Part shown: positions 30,190 through 40,640 of the stretch, in pieces | How the letters are laid out: each line of letters opens with the position of its first letter | How positions within the stretch are numbered: the first letter of the stretch is position 1 | Assembly: GCA_947601485.1 (NCBI GenBank) | Contig: CANQGF010000003.1 | Coordinates: forward strand, 1-54,041 | Direction of reading: 5' to 3' | DNA: 54,041 nucleotides | Source of the DNA: an uncultured Bacilli bacterium | GTDB lineage: Bacteria > Bacillota_I > Bacilli_A > RF39 > UBA660 | Program-made: the position numbers and the translations under genes | The notes under the pieces: generated by a model | Told to the model about the DNA's origin: nothing | Seen by the model: the letters and a program-made list of their open reading frames with translations, nothing else | The model's database searches: none

Positions 30190-31988
30190 TACTTAACACA
30201 TCCTTGTAATTTTTCATATTCCTCAATTAATTCATCCATGAATTTAATCGCTTTATTCATAACTTCTTCACTTTCAATATTTATGCCTGCTACTTTAAGA
30301 GAATTAATTGGATTTTTAGTACATCCTAATTTCAAAAATTTTAAATAATTATCTTGGGCTTCTTTATTACCATCATAAATTTGATTAGCAATATTAATTG
30401 CAGATGCAAATCCAGTAGCGTATTGATAAACATAATAATTCATATAAAAGTGAGGTATTCTTTCCCATTCATATTTTATTTCATCATCAATAAAAACATT
30501 ATTGCCAAAATATAATTTATTAAGTTCATAGTATTTTTGATTCATTACATCACTAGTAAGAATACCACCATTTTCTGTATATTCATGAATAAATAATTCA
30601 AATTCAGCAAACATTGTTTGTCTAAAAATACTAGCTTTATATTTTTGTAATAAATCATCAATTATTTGAATTTTTTCACTATTATCATTGCTGTGATCTA
30701 ATAAATATCGACTTAATAAAATTTCATTAACTTGACTAGCTACTTCAGCTACAAAAATACTATAACCATAATCTTCAAAGGTTTGATTTTGACAAGCATA
30801 GTAATAATGCATTGCATGTCCTAGTTCATGAGCTAAAGTTGAAACATCATTTAAATTACCTTCAAAACTCATAAGAACATAAGGGTGAACACTATAACAA
30901 GATGTACAATAAGCTCCCCCTCTTTTACCTATATTATTACATGAATCAACCCAATGTTCAGTAAAGGCTTTAGTAATATCTTGAACATAAGTATCACCCA
31001 AAGGACTAACAATTTTTAATACTAAATCTTTGGCTTCTTCAAAAGTATACTTCTTACTATTTCCTTTAATCTCTAAATCTGTATAAGTGTCATATAAATG
31101 CATTTCAGGAAGTTTAAGTAACTTTTTCTTTAAATCCCAATATTTATATATAGATGGTAAATTTTTATGTACAGCATCAATCAAATTATAATAAATACTT
31201 GGTTTTATTTCATCATGAAAAAGAGATGCTTCTAAACTATTTTTATAATGTCTTAATTTAGCATTAGCAACATTCTTTTCTACTTCATTACGTAAAACGG
31301 CCGCAATCGTGGTTTTATAATTAGCATAAGTTTTATATAATGATTGAAAGGCTTGTTTTCTTATTTTACGATCACTACTTCTAATATAAGTAGCATAATT
31401 ACTTTCAGTAAGTTCCACACTTTTACCTGAAACTTCTATATTATCAAATTTAAAATCACTATCAGAAAGAGACGACATAATTTCTTCAGGAGCATCCATA
31501 AGTTTGGCAAATGCTGATAAAGAAGCTTCAACTTCACTACTTAAAACATGTTTTTTATTGCGATAGATATTTTTTAACATTCTTTTGTAACGTTTTAATT
31601 CTGGATTATCATTTATATATTTTAAAACAACTTCTATATCTTGTTTTAAAAGCTCGGGAATAATATATGATGTTGTTTCTAAATACTTTGTATATAGATT
31701 TTTAGCTTTACCAAAAAGGACTTGGTAATTAGTATTTAGTGTATCAGCATCATTATTAATATGAGCATAAATAAAGACTTTTTCCATTTGTTCACCAATA
31801 CTACTATCTAATTTAAGTAAGTTTAATAAATTATCAGCACTATCTAAAATATGCCCTTCATATTGATGATATTCTTTTAACATATTAGTAATTGTTTTAA
31901 TTTCTTTTAAAGCATCTTTATCACTTTTATAAATATCTTTTACGTTCCATTTATATAAATCTTCAAATTCATCTCTTGTTTTTGCCAT
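30189..31988 (-). CDS. pepF: Oligoendopeptidase F (M3B)
   Basis: [15 protein letters not shown] zinc motif, [15 protein letters not shown]. Confidence 0.96.
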   Translation of the reverse strand: MAKTRDEFEDLYKWNVKDIYKSDKDALKEIKTITNMLKEYHQYEGHILDSADNLLNLLKLDSSIGEQMEKVFIYAHINNDADTLNTNYQVLFGKAKNLYTKYLETTSYIIPELLKQDIEVVLKYINDNPELKRYKRMLKNIYRNKKHVLSSEVEASLSAFAKLMDAPEEIMSSLSDSDFKFDNIEVSGKSVELTESNYATYIRSSDRKIRKQAFQSLYKTYANYKTTIAAVLRNEVEKNVANAKLRHYKNSLEASLFHDEIKPSIYYNLIDAVHKNLPSIYKYWDLKKKLLKLPEMHLYDTYTDLEIKGNSKKYTFEEAKDLVLKIVSPLGDTYVQDITKAFTEHWVDSCNNIGKRGGAYCTSCYSVHPYVLMSFEGNLNDVSTLAHELGHAMHYYYACQNQTFEDYGYSIFVAEVASQVNEILLSRYLLDHSNDNSEKIQIIDDLLQKYKASIFRQTMFAEFELFIHEYTENGGILTSDVMNQKYYELNKLYFGNNVFIDDEIKYEWERIPHFYMNYYVYQYATGFASAINIANQIYDGNKEAQDNYLKFLKLGCTKNPINSLKVAGINIESEEVMNKAIKFMDELIEEYEKLQGCVK

Positions 31989-32007
31989 TATATCTCCTTA
32001 ATCAAGT

Positions 32008-32034
32008 AAAGGGGATGAGTTAGACTCTTCCCCA
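32008..32034 (-). terminator. Hairpin/attenuator between dnaK and pepF
   Basis: Minus strand GGGGAAGAGT-CTA-ACTCATCCCC followed by a short T run. Confidence 0.6.
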
Positions 32035-32051
32035 AAACCATTAATAATTTT

Positions 32052-33872
32052 TTATTTTTCTTCAAATGAAGCTTCTTCAACGCCATCATTGGCTTTAGTT
32101 TTTTCTTCAGTATTTTTTTCTTCATTAGCATGTTCAGGTTGAGCATTTTGATATACTTTAGCAGCTAAATCCATGGCAATTTTGGAAAGTTCTTCTGTTT
32201 TTTCTTTAATTTTATCAGTATCAGTTCCACTCATTGCATCTTTGACTTCTTTAATAGCAGCTTCAGCTTTTTCTTTATCAGAAGCTTGGACTTTATCACC
32301 TAAATCTTCTAATGCTTTTTCAGTTTGGAAAACCATAGAATCGGCATTATTTCTAACTTCGGCTTCACTCTTACGTTTTTCATCAGCTTCTTTATTAGCC
32401 TCGGCTTCTTTAACCATTTTATCAATTTCTTCATCAGTAAGATTTGTACTAGATGTAATAGTAATTGATTGTTCTTTACCTGTACCTAAATCTTTAGCTT
32501 TAACATTAACAATACCGTTTGCATCGATATCAAATGTAACTTCGATTTGTGGTACACCTCTTTTAGCAGGAGGTAAATTAGTAAGTTGGAAGTTTCCTAA
32601 AGTCTTATTATCAGAGGCCATAGGTCTTTCACCTTGTAAAACATGGATATCTACAGCGGGTTGATTATCAACGGCAGTACTAAATACTTGACTCTTGCTT
32701 GTTGGAATTGTAGTATTTCTTGGAATTAAAACAGTCATAACATTACCAAGGGTTTCAATACCAAGTGATAACGGTGTAACATCTAGTAAAACGATATCAT
32801 CAACTTCACCAGTTAAAACACCACCTTGAATAGCTGCACCCATGGCAACAACTTCATCAGGGTTAACACTCTTATTAGGCTCTTGACCTAATTCTTTTTT
32901 AACTAATTCTTGAATGTATGGAATACGAGTTGATCCACCAACTAAAATAACTTTATCGATATCACTATTTGTAAGTTTAGCATCTTTTAAAGCTTTTCTT
33001 ACTGGCTCAAGAGTTGAATCAAATAAGTCACGACATAAATCTTCAAATTTAGCTTTTGATAAACTCATTTCTAAATGAAGAGGTCCTTCATCACTTTGAG
33101 CAATGAATGGTAAACTAATTTGAGCATTAGTCATACCAGATAAATCTTTTTTGGCTTTTTCAGAAGCATCTTTAATTCTTTGCATAGCCATTTTATCATT
33201 GGATAAATCAACGCCATGTTCTTTTTTAAATTCTGATACAATATAATCGCTTACTCTTGCATCGAAGTCATCACCACCAAGACGGTTATTACCACTTGTA
33301 GCTTTAACTTCAAATACACCATCACCAAGTTCTAGAATGGATACATCAAATGTACCACCACCTAAATCATAAACTAATATAGTTTGTGATTTATCTTGTT
33401 TATCTAGTCCATAAGCTAAAGCTGCAGCGGTTGGTTCATTGATAATTCTTTCAACTTCTAACCCAGCAATTTTACCAGCATTTTTGGTTGCTTGTCTTTC
33501 AGCATCATTAAAATATGCTGGAACAGTAATAACAGCTTTAGTAACTTTTTCACCTAAGTAACTTTCAGCATCAGCTTTAAGTTTACTTAAAATTTTAGCA
33601 CTAATTTCTTCTGGTGTATATTTTTTACCATTAGCTTCTACTCTTTCACTAGTTCCCATTTTTCTTTTAATTGATGAAATAGTATTTTTAACATTGGTTA
33701 CAGCTTGTCTTTTAGCTGTTTCTCCAACTAATTCATCATCACCTTTAAATGCCACTACTGAAGGAGTAGTACGATTTCCTTCACTATTAGGAATAACCTT
33801 TGCTTCTCCACCTTCAAGTACAGCGACACAACTATTTGTAGTACCTAAATCGATACCAATAATTTTTGCCAT
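32052..33872 (-). CDS. dnaK: Chaperone DnaK
   Basis: [38 protein letters not shown]. Confidence 0.99.
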   Translation of the reverse strand: MAKIIGIDLGTTNSCVAVLEGGEAKVIPNSEGNRTTPSVVAFKGDDELVGETAKRQAVTNVKNTISSIKRKMGTSERVEANGKKYTPEEISAKILSKLKADAESYLGEKVTKAVITVPAYFNDAERQATKNAGKIAGLEVERIINEPTAAALAYGLDKQDKSQTILVYDLGGGTFDVSILELGDGVFEVKATSGNNRLGGDDFDARVSDYIVSEFKKEHGVDLSNDKMAMQRIKDASEKAKKDLSGMTNAQISLPFIAQSDEGPLHLEMSLSKAKFEDLCRDLFDSTLEPVRKALKDAKLTNSDIDKVILVGGSTRIPYIQELVKKELGQEPNKSVNPDEVVAMGAAIQGGVLTGEVDDIVLLDVTPLSLGIETLGNVMTVLIPRNTTIPTSKSQVFSTAVDNQPAVDIHVLQGERPMASDNKTLGNFQLTNLPPAKRGVPQIEVTFDIDANGIVNVKAKDLGTGKEQSITITSSTNLTDEEIDKMVKEAEANKEADEKRKSEAEVRNNADSMVFQTEKALEDLGDKVQASDKEKAEAAIKEVKDAMSGTDTDKIKEKTEELSKIAMDLAAKVYQNAQPEHANEEKNTEEKTKANDGVEEASFEEK

Positions 33873-33873
33873 A

Positions 33874-34404
33874 TTATTCACTTTTCCTTTCATTAACTTT
33901 GACCATGGCTGGTCTTATAACTTTATCATTATAAATATAACCTTTTTGCATCACACAAGTGACAATCCCTGATTCTTTTGTCTCATCATTTTCAGTTAAG
34001 ACAGCTTCCATCATATTAGGATCAAAATTTTTATTTAAAGCATCAATTTCTTTAACACCTTTTGTATCTAAAATATTTTTAAAATCATTATAGATTAATT
34101 TAAAGCCATTTAAGAACTTTGATACTTCATCATTTAAATTTTGATTATCCATATTGATGGCTCTTTCAAAATTATCAAGAATAACTAAACTTTTTTTAAT
34201 AAAATCTTCGCCATCGTATTTATAAATACGCATGATTTCATCTTCATATCTTTTTTTGATATTTTGCATTTCAGCCATAACTCTTAATAATTTATCATTT
34301 AATGAAGCATTTTCATTTTTTAGTTTTTCCAGTTCTTCATTATGTTTTTTATTTTCCTTCTTTGGATGTTTTTCATCCTTTACTTCATTATTCTCTTCCA
34401 TCAT
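33874..34404 (-). CDS. grpE: Nucleotide exchange factor GrpE
   Basis: FDPN, QKGY and RPAMVKV motifs; located between hrcA and dnaK. Confidence 0.96.
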   Translation of the reverse strand: MMEENNEVKDEKHPKKENKKHNEELEKLKNENASLNDKLLRVMAEMQNIKKRYEDEIMRIYKYDGEDFIKKSLVILDNFERAINMDNQNLNDEVSKFLNGFKLIYNDFKNILDTKGVKEIDALNKNFDPNMMEAVLTENDETKESGIVTCVMQKGYIYNDKVIRPAMVKVNERKSE

Positions 34405-35401
34405 CTTTTCCCTCTATTTTATCTACCATATAGTTAAGAAGTGAAACAACTCTTTCATATTCCATTCTCTTTGGCCCAATAATAGCTATTGTTCCTTCTT
34501 CTCCCCCAGATTTATATTTTCTTTTTATAACGGTAACATTATCATCAAAGTTGCTTTCTTCACCAATATAAATTTTTAAATCTTCACTACCATCAATACT
34601 ATCAAGCATTTCTTTAAAAGAATTATCTTCTAATTTGGAAGCTATTCTTTTTATACTATCCGTATTATCATATTCTGGTTCTTTTAGTAGATTAACTCTT
34701 CCTGATACATGAATATTGGTATTATGATGTAAAAAATCATTAAAAGCATCATAGAAAATATTGTAAACTGTTTCATAATCTTTAACTTTTTTGGCAATAA
34801 TTGGCTTAATTTCAAATTCTAACTTTTCAGCCACATTATTGATTGGAGTTCCAACAAGCATTTTATTGATCATCTCTCCCGTTTTAACAACTTCTAAAAT
34901 ATCCGTATCAGTTGGTAAAATAAATTGCTTATTTTCTACTACGCCTTTATCCGTACAAACGATAGCAATAATTTTTTGTTCATCTAAAGCAATCAGATTA
35001 ATTTGCTTTAAATAATTATCACTACTATTTTTACCTAAAACAATCGAAGTATAATTAGTCATATCACTAATTATTTCCATGCATTTAGTTACTGCATCAT
35101 TAACTTCTAATTCATTATTAGCAAAAATCGTTTGTAGTTTTAGCATATCTTCCCCAGTTAAATCTTTAGGTTGCATTAAATGTTCAACATAATATCTATA
35201 GCCTTTTTCACTCGGAATCCGACCACTTGAAATATGATTTTTTTCAATATAGCCCATATTCTCTAATAAAGCCATTTCATTTCGAATCGTAGCGCTTGAA
35301 CATTTAAGCTTTTTACATAAAGAATTACTACCTACAGGTTTAACTGTTTTAACATAATTTTCAACAATTTCTTTTAATAATTCTTTTTTTCGATCATCCA
35401 T
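34388..35401 (-). CDS. hrcA: Heat-inducible transcription repressor HrcA
   Basis: PVGS, SSATIRNEM, HISSGRIPS-KGYRYYV, IIGPKRMEY. Confidence 0.97.
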   Translation of the reverse strand: MDDRKKELLKEIVENYVKTVKPVGSNSLCKKLKCSSATIRNEMALLENMGYIEKNHISSGRIPSEKGYRYYVEHLMQPKDLTGEDMLKLQTIFANNELEVNDAVTKCMEIISDMTNYTSIVLGKNSSDNYLKQINLIALDEQKIIAIVCTDKGVVENKQFILPTDTDILEVVKTGEMINKMLVGTPINNVAEKLEFEIKPIIAKKVKDYETVYNIFYDAFNDFLHHNTNIHVSGRVNLLKEPEYDNTDSIKRIASKLEDNSFKEMLDSIDGSEDLKIYIGEESNFDDNVTVIKRKYKSGGEEGTIAIIGPKRMEYERVVSLLNYMVDKIEGKDDGRE

Positions 35402-35424
35402 TATCAATGTATCACCACCTTTGA

Positions 35425-35498
35425 TTAGCACTCGTTCTTTTCAAATGCCAATCTCATTATAATATTATGTTTAGCACTTGTCAATATATGAGTGCTAA
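35425..35498 (-). promoter_or_regulatory. Two CIRCE operators and the sigma-A promoter of hrcA
   Basis: TTAGCACTC-N9-AAATGCCAA (35425-35451) and TTAGCACTT-N10-GAGTGCTAA (35471-35498); TTGACA(35479-84)-N17-TATAAT(35456-61) on the minus strand. Confidence 0.92.
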
Positions 35499-35535
35499 TT
35501 TTTTAAAAATTTTACTTTTTTGACTTTTTAATGAA

Positions 35536-36111
35536 TTAATTAAGTAAAAAACTAAATTTACTCATTAAAAAATAAGATAAGAAATATAAAATAATATTAA
35601 TAACAAAAAGAACAATAATATATTTTAAACTGGTCATAAAATTCAAAAATATTTTTTCTTTAATTAAACTATCTTTTTTATAAATAATTAAACCAATAAC
35701 ATATCTCCCAATATTAATTACATGTTTTAAAAAGAAAAACATTATAAATAAAGTAATAATTTTATTAAAAAGAAGATAAATAAGTATATAAATTAAACCT
35801 TTTATTTTGAAAGTCATCATAAATATACTTATTAAAAATCCTAAAGATATTCCTTCATAAAAAAGATAAAATAAACATAATGGTAAACCAATAATTAAGA
35901 AAGAAGATACTAATAATAAAGACATAATAATTAAATCTTTAAAAATGGCATTGTAACGAAAAGTACCAATGCCCTCTAAAGTATTAATGATATTTGCCTT
36001 TATATTACCACTTTGCAAATTAGCATAAATAAACCCTACTACAATCCCAACTAAAACAACAGTTAAAACAAAAATTAAATATTTTTTATGTTTTCTAATT
36101 AGCTTTGGCAT
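35536..36111 (-). CDS. spoIIM: Stage II sporulation protein M-like membrane protein
   Basis: ~190 aa multi-TM with IIGLP...GISLGF pattern; GGAGG RBS before ATG 36111; CATATTCT box upstream. Confidence 0.65.
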   Translation of the reverse strand: MPKLIRKHKKYLIFVLTVVLVGIVVGFIYANLQSGNIKANIINTLEGIGTFRYNAIFKDLIIMSLLLVSSFLIIGLPLCLFYLFYEGISLGFLISIFMMTFKIKGLIYILIYLLFNKIITLFIMFFFLKHVINIGRYVIGLIIYKKDSLIKEKIFLNFMTSLKYIIVLFVINIILYFLSYFLMSKFSFLLN

Positions 36112-36194
36112 ATTATCCTCCATCAAAGAATATGCAAAAACTCTTTTAAAAATGCATAAAGTATGATATATTTTTAATTGTTGAAGGGATGTAT

Positions 36195-36296
36195 ATGAAA
36201 AAGAAAACTAAAAAAATAGTTGTCTGGGCAATGTTAATTTTAATGCTACTTAGTGTAGCAGCAGCCATTATTGGTTATATTGTTACTGTTCTTTAA
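36195..36296 (+). CDS. 33-aa membrane peptide absent from the ORF track (DUF4044/Prli42-like)
   Basis: MKKKTKKIVVWAMLILMLLSVAAAIIGYIVTVL; GAAGGG RBS; TGATATATT extended -10 upstream. Confidence 0.75.
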   Translation: MKKKTKKIVVWAMLILMLLSVAAAIIGYIVTVL

Positions 36297-37054
36297 AAGA
36301 AAATTAATAAATTATAAAATTTCTCATAAAAAACAAAGACAATAACTAATGAAGCAATTAAAAATGGACCGAATGGAAGTTCATTTTTTTTAGTTAAATA
36401 AATTTGAGCTAGGGCGTAAGGTAAGGCTAAAAATGAAGCAAAAATCAAAGCAATCAACCCTATTTCATAACCAATATAAGGGTATCCTAAAGCAAGACCA
36501 ATAATAAAAGAAAGTTTAATATCTCCTCCCCCAAGTGATTCTTTTTTAAAAATAAAATCCCCAATTAACTTAATTAAATAAATTGTCAAAAATAAACATA
36601 CACCAAAAAAGATTGACCAAATAACATATTTAATGCCACCTTCAAAATATTTTAGTACTGTTATACTTATAGCACTAATTAATAAAGAAGAATCTAAAAT
36701 AATCATATATTTAAAATCAGTTATAAAAATAATAATACCTAAAGAAATTAAAACTAAATAGATAAAGTATTTAACTGTTAATCCTAAATATAAATAGCCT
36801 GCTAAAAATAAAAGAGCACAAGAAAATTCAATAATAAAATATTCAAAGCCAATCTTATGATGACAATGATGGCATTTACCATGAAATATTAAATAAGATA
36901 CAAGAGGTATTAATTCATACCACTTTAAAGATTGATGACAACTATCACATTCACTTCTTCCTAAAATGCTTTTATGAATTGGTAATCTAGATGCAAGGCA
37001 AAAGTAAAATGAGCCTAAAATAGCCCCGATAATAAATAAAAGTAATCCAATCAT
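36293..37054 (-). CDS. pilD: Prepilin peptidase (A24; PilD/ComC)
   Basis: GSF, RSECDSC, LIPLVSY, CHHC zinc motifs, catalytic Asp in ITDFK and GGGDIKL, LPFGPFL. Confidence 0.95.
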   Translation of the reverse strand: MIGLLLFIIGAILGSFYFCLASRLPIHKSILGRSECDSCHQSLKWYELIPLVSYLIFHGKCHHCHHKIGFEYFIIEFSCALLFLAGYLYLGLTVKYFIYLVLISLGIIIFITDFKYMIILDSSLLISAISITVLKYFEGGIKYVIWSIFFGVCLFLTIYLIKLIGDFIFKKESLGGGDIKLSFIIGLALGYPYIGYEIGLIALIFASFLALPYALAQIYLTKKNELPFGPFLIASLVIVFVFYEKFYNLLIFF

Positions 37055-38505
37055 TCCATCACTTCCCCATACATTTCAAACATTGGAACAATAACTGCTA
37101 TTAAAATACTACCAACTACTATAGCTAAAAAGACAATTAAAAATGGTTCAATTAAAGTCTTAATGTTTTTGACAATATTTCGATGTAAATCTTGATAATA
37201 ATGACTAATTTTATCCATCATTTCTGATAATTTACCCGTTTCTTCGCCAGTCGAAATCATATAATAACAAACTTCAGGAACTGCCCAATGATCTTTAAAA
37301 GATAAAGAAATTTTTTCGCCTTTAACTATATTATTTACCGTTTTTTCAATAATTTCCTTATATACTTCATTATTGGTAATCTTTTTTAAAATATCCATAC
37401 TTTCAGTAATAAAAACATTATTTTTTAAAAGAGAAGCAAAAGTTTTAGTTATAATAGCTAACTCATTATAAATGATAATATCTTTAATTAAAGGAATATG
37501 CATTAAAAAAGTTTGCACCATTTTCCGAAATTCACGAACATTTTTATATAGAATTATAAATAATATTATAATGGCTAATATGATTAAGAAGATATTTAAT
37601 ATATTAGCGGATAAATAATTACTAATATTTATAATAAATTGCGTAAAGCCATTTAATTCCATATTACTAGAACTATAAGTCTTAACAAATTCAGGAATTA
37701 TATAAGTCATAACAAATATAATAACCAAAATGGCAAAAACAAAGACAAAAGCGGGATATGTAAGAGCACTAACTGTTTCCCTGTGCGTATTATCTATTTC
37801 TTTATAATATGCCGCTAAATCTTCTAAAGTTTCATTTAAAGTTCCACTAACTTCACTAGCTTTAACCATATTAATTAAAAGGGGTGGAAACATACCATCT
37901 ACTTTTTCTAAAGCTTGTGAAAAAGAAGAACCAAGTGCTAGTTCAAAAGATATTGTTTCAAATGCCCTTTTTTTAGTGGCTCCTTTAATTTGGTGACCCA
38001 AAATTTTAATTGATTCATTAATGGGTAAACCTGATTTTAAATAAGTAGATAATTGGGTTAAAAAGAAAACTAAATCACTACTTTTTAATTTATTACCACC
38101 AATATCTTTATTAAGTAAATTAATTAATGGACTAGTTTTAATACTATATACTGTATAACCTTCATTAACCAAAAATGAATTAATATCTAATTTAGATGAG
38201 CCATTCATTTTACCTTTAATAATTTTACCATCTTTATATCTAACTTTATAATAATAAGTATTAATTGTTTTACTTCTAGTAGCTCCTTCTTTAGTTAAAT
38301 CTATTAATAATTCATCGGCTTCTCTTTCTAATTTTAATAATGTTTTAGGACTATAATGATATGTTTTCTTTTTATTAGAAGGGGTAAATATTTTTTTCCA
38401 TAAAATAATAGTACAGACTTTAAGACCTAATAAGGCATAGGAAATAATTGCTATAATTGTACTAAAAATATATTCTAAAAGATTTTTATTTTTAGATTCT
38501 TTCAT
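37051..38505 (-). CDS. pilC: Type IV pilus platform protein PilC (T2SS-F family) with an N-terminal extension
   Basis: Two T2SSF repeats (FLTQLSTYLKSGLP, SEVSGTL, ALTYP, GEETGKL, LIEP...VPMF). Confidence 0.92.
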   Translation of the reverse strand: MKESKNKNLLEYIFSTIIAIISYALLGLKVCTIILWKKIFTPSNKKKTYHYSPKTLLKLEREADELLIDLTKEGATRSKTINTYYYKVRYKDGKIIKGKMNGSSKLDINSFLVNEGYTVYSIKTSPLINLLNKDIGGNKLKSSDLVFFLTQLSTYLKSGLPINESIKILGHQIKGATKKRAFETISFELALGSSFSQALEKVDGMFPPLLINMVKASEVSGTLNETLEDLAAYYKEIDNTHRETVSALTYPAFVFVFAILVIIFVMTYIIPEFVKTYSSSNMELNGFTQFIINISNYLSANILNIFLIILAIIILFIILYKNVREFRKMVQTFLMHIPLIKDIIIYNELAIITKTFASLLKNNVFITESMDILKKITNNEVYKEIIEKTVNNIVKGEKISLSFKDHWAVPEVCYYMISTGEETGKLSEMMDKISHYYQDLHRNIVKNIKTLIEPFLIVFLAIVVGSILIAVIVPMFEMYGEVME

Positions 38506-38637
38506 CTTGTACCTCTTTATATTATTCTAAAAATTATTATAGCATAAATAAATAATTGTTACTAGTTATTTAAAAGGTATTTCTTCCATTAGACAAAAGA
38601 TTTTGCCATTTTGCATAAATTATATTAGGTGGTTTAT

Positions 38638-38916
38638 ATGTTTGGACCAAGAATTGGCACTGGATTATCATTTGGTAAAGTTTTGGGCGGAATATCTAAA
38701 ACTTTAGGAGTAGTAAACGAATTAATACCTCTTTATAAAGAAGCCAAACCTTTAATGAATAATGCAAGAAGTGCCATTAACTTAATTAAAGAACTAGGAA
38801 ATAACACCACTAACCGGATTATGACTAAAACTAGTGAAAATATTGCTCCGATCAAAGAAAAAATCAAAACAATAACTAATGCAACCAAAGAAAATGGCCC
38901 TACTTTCTTTCAATAA
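38638..38916 (+). CDS. YqfQ/VrrA-like sporulation-associated small protein
   Basis: Amphipathic LGGISKTLGVVNELIPLYKEAKPLMNN segment; near trmK as yqfQ is in Bacillus; CATAAATT box upstream. Confidence 0.6.
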   Translation: MFGPRIGTGLSFGKVLGGISKTLGVVNELIPLYKEAKPLMNNARSAINLIKELGNNTTNRIMTKTSENIAPIKEKIKTITNATKENGPTFFQ

Positions 38917-39526
38917 GGCCTTTTAATTCTAAACATTCTTTTTCTAATTGTTCTTTTTTTAACTTTGGTACTTTAGCCATAATTTTTTCTCTTTCAGCAA
39001 TTTGAAAACGATAGTAATCATCATTATTAGATATTCCATATAAAAGTTCTTGTTCACTTAAGGTTTGAGTGCCTTTAATACACAAAAGAATAACATAATA
39101 ATGCTCATGCTCCAAAATGACATCTTCACTAACTATTTTATATCCCATTTCATTTAATTTTTTTCTTAAAAGATAATAATCATTATTACTAGCAATTATT
39201 AATTTATTCGGACTTAAAGGATGATTTAAAATATTTAAAATAGTATGTGTTCCCATACCAGCAATTACCGCGGTATTAAATTTTACATTTTCTGGAATAT
39301 TATTAAATCCATCACTCACAAATGTTTCAATTTTAACATGATATTTTTTAAAATTTTCTTTAGCATAATTAAGAGCTGAAGAGCTAATATCACTTGCCCA
39401 TACCATTTTACACAATTTATTTTTTTTAAGAAAAATATCTAAATAACCATGATCGCATCCAACATCTAAAACCATATCATTTGGGCTAATTTTTTTAGCA
39501 ATAAGTTTTAATCTTTCACTATTCAT
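38900..39526 (-). CDS. trmK: tRNA (adenine22-N1)-methyltransferase
   Basis: DVGCDHGYL, SDGF, IAGMG motifs; downstream of sigA. Confidence 0.92.
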   Translation of the reverse strand: MNSERLKLIAKKISPNDMVLDVGCDHGYLDIFLKKNKLCKMVWASDISSSALNYAKENFKKYHVKIETFVSDGFNNIPENVKFNTAVIAGMGTHTILNILNHPLSPNKLIIASNNDYYLLRKKLNEMGYKIVSEDVILEHEHYYVILLCIKGTQTLSEQELLYGISNNDDYYRFQIAEREKIMAKVPKLKKEQLEKECLELKGLIERK

Positions 39527-39527
39527 A

Positions 39528-40637
39528 TTAATTATTTAAAAAATCTTTTAACTTTTTAGCTCTAGATGGATGTCTTAATTTTCTTAAAGCTTTAGCTTCA
39601 ATTTGTCTAATTCTTTCACGCGTAACATTAAATCTTCGACCAACATCTTCCAAAGTATGACATGTTCCATCAGTTAGACCAAAACGTAATTCCAAAACTT
39701 CTTGTTCTCTTGGTTGCAAAGTTTGTAAAACTTCTTTTATTTCTTCTTTTAAAATTTCATTTTCAGTATATTCTTCTGGAGAAAGACTACTCTCATCTTT
39801 AAGGAAATCGCCTAAATGAGAATCATCTTCTTCACCAATCGGAGTTTCAAGAGAAACTGGCTCTTGACTTATTTTAATAACTTCACGAACTTTATCGATA
39901 GAAATACCCATTTTTTTAGCAATTTCTTCATCTGATGGCTCTCTATTTAATTCAAGAGTTAATTGTCTTTGAACTCTAACCATTTTATTAATAGTTTCAA
40001 CCATGTGAACTGGTACTCTAATAGTTCTTGCTTGGTCCGCTAAAGCTCTTGTAATAGCTTGTCTTATCCACCAAGTGGCATAAGTTGAAAATTTATAGCC
40101 TTTATCATAATCAAATTTTTCAACAGCTTTCATTAAGCCAATATTACCTTCTTGAATCAAATCCAAGAATAAAAGACCGCGTCCAACATATCTTTTAGCA
40201 ATCGAAACAACCAAACGAAGATTACTTTCAGCAAGGATTCTTTTAGCGTCTTCATCACCATCAGCAATTCGCATAGAAATATTCATTTCTTCTTCACTAG
40301 ATAATAGACTAATTCTTCCTATTTCTTTTAAATACATTCTTACTGGATCATTAATATTAACATCTTTAGTAAGTTCGGCATCATCCAAAATAATTGGCTC
40401 TTCTTCTAAATTTAATAAGTCTGGACCTTCACCAGTTTCAGAAGAGTCAGCTTCTTCTTCCGTAATTACACTAATTCCAGCATCAACTAAAGAATTATAT
40501 AACTCATCTAGGGCATCACTGTCCATATCTAGACCTTTTAACTCATCAGCTAACTCTTCAAAAGTTATATAACCTTTTTCTTCACCTTTTTTAATTAATT
40601 CTTTTTTTCTTTCCTCAAACGTTTTAATTTCTAACAT
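39528..40637 (-). CDS. rpoD: RNA polymerase primary sigma factor
   Basis: [47 protein letters not shown]. Confidence 0.99.
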   Translation of the reverse strand: MLEIKTFEERKKELIKKGEEKGYITFEELADELKGLDMDSDALDELYNSLVDAGISVITEEEADSSETGEGPDLLNLEEEPIILDDAELTKDVNINDPVRMYLKEIGRISLLSSEEEMNISMRIADGDEDAKRILAESNLRLVVSIAKRYVGRGLLFLDLIQEGNIGLMKAVEKFDYDKGYKFSTYATWWIRQAITRALADQARTIRVPVHMVETINKMVRVQRQLTLELNREPSDEEIAKKMGISIDKVREVIKISQEPVSLETPIGEEDDSHLGDFLKDESSLSPEEYTENEILKEEIKEVLQTLQPREQEVLELRFGLTDGTCHTLEDVGRRFNVTRERIRQIEAKALRKLRHPSRAKKLKDFLNN

Positions 40638-40640
40638 CTT

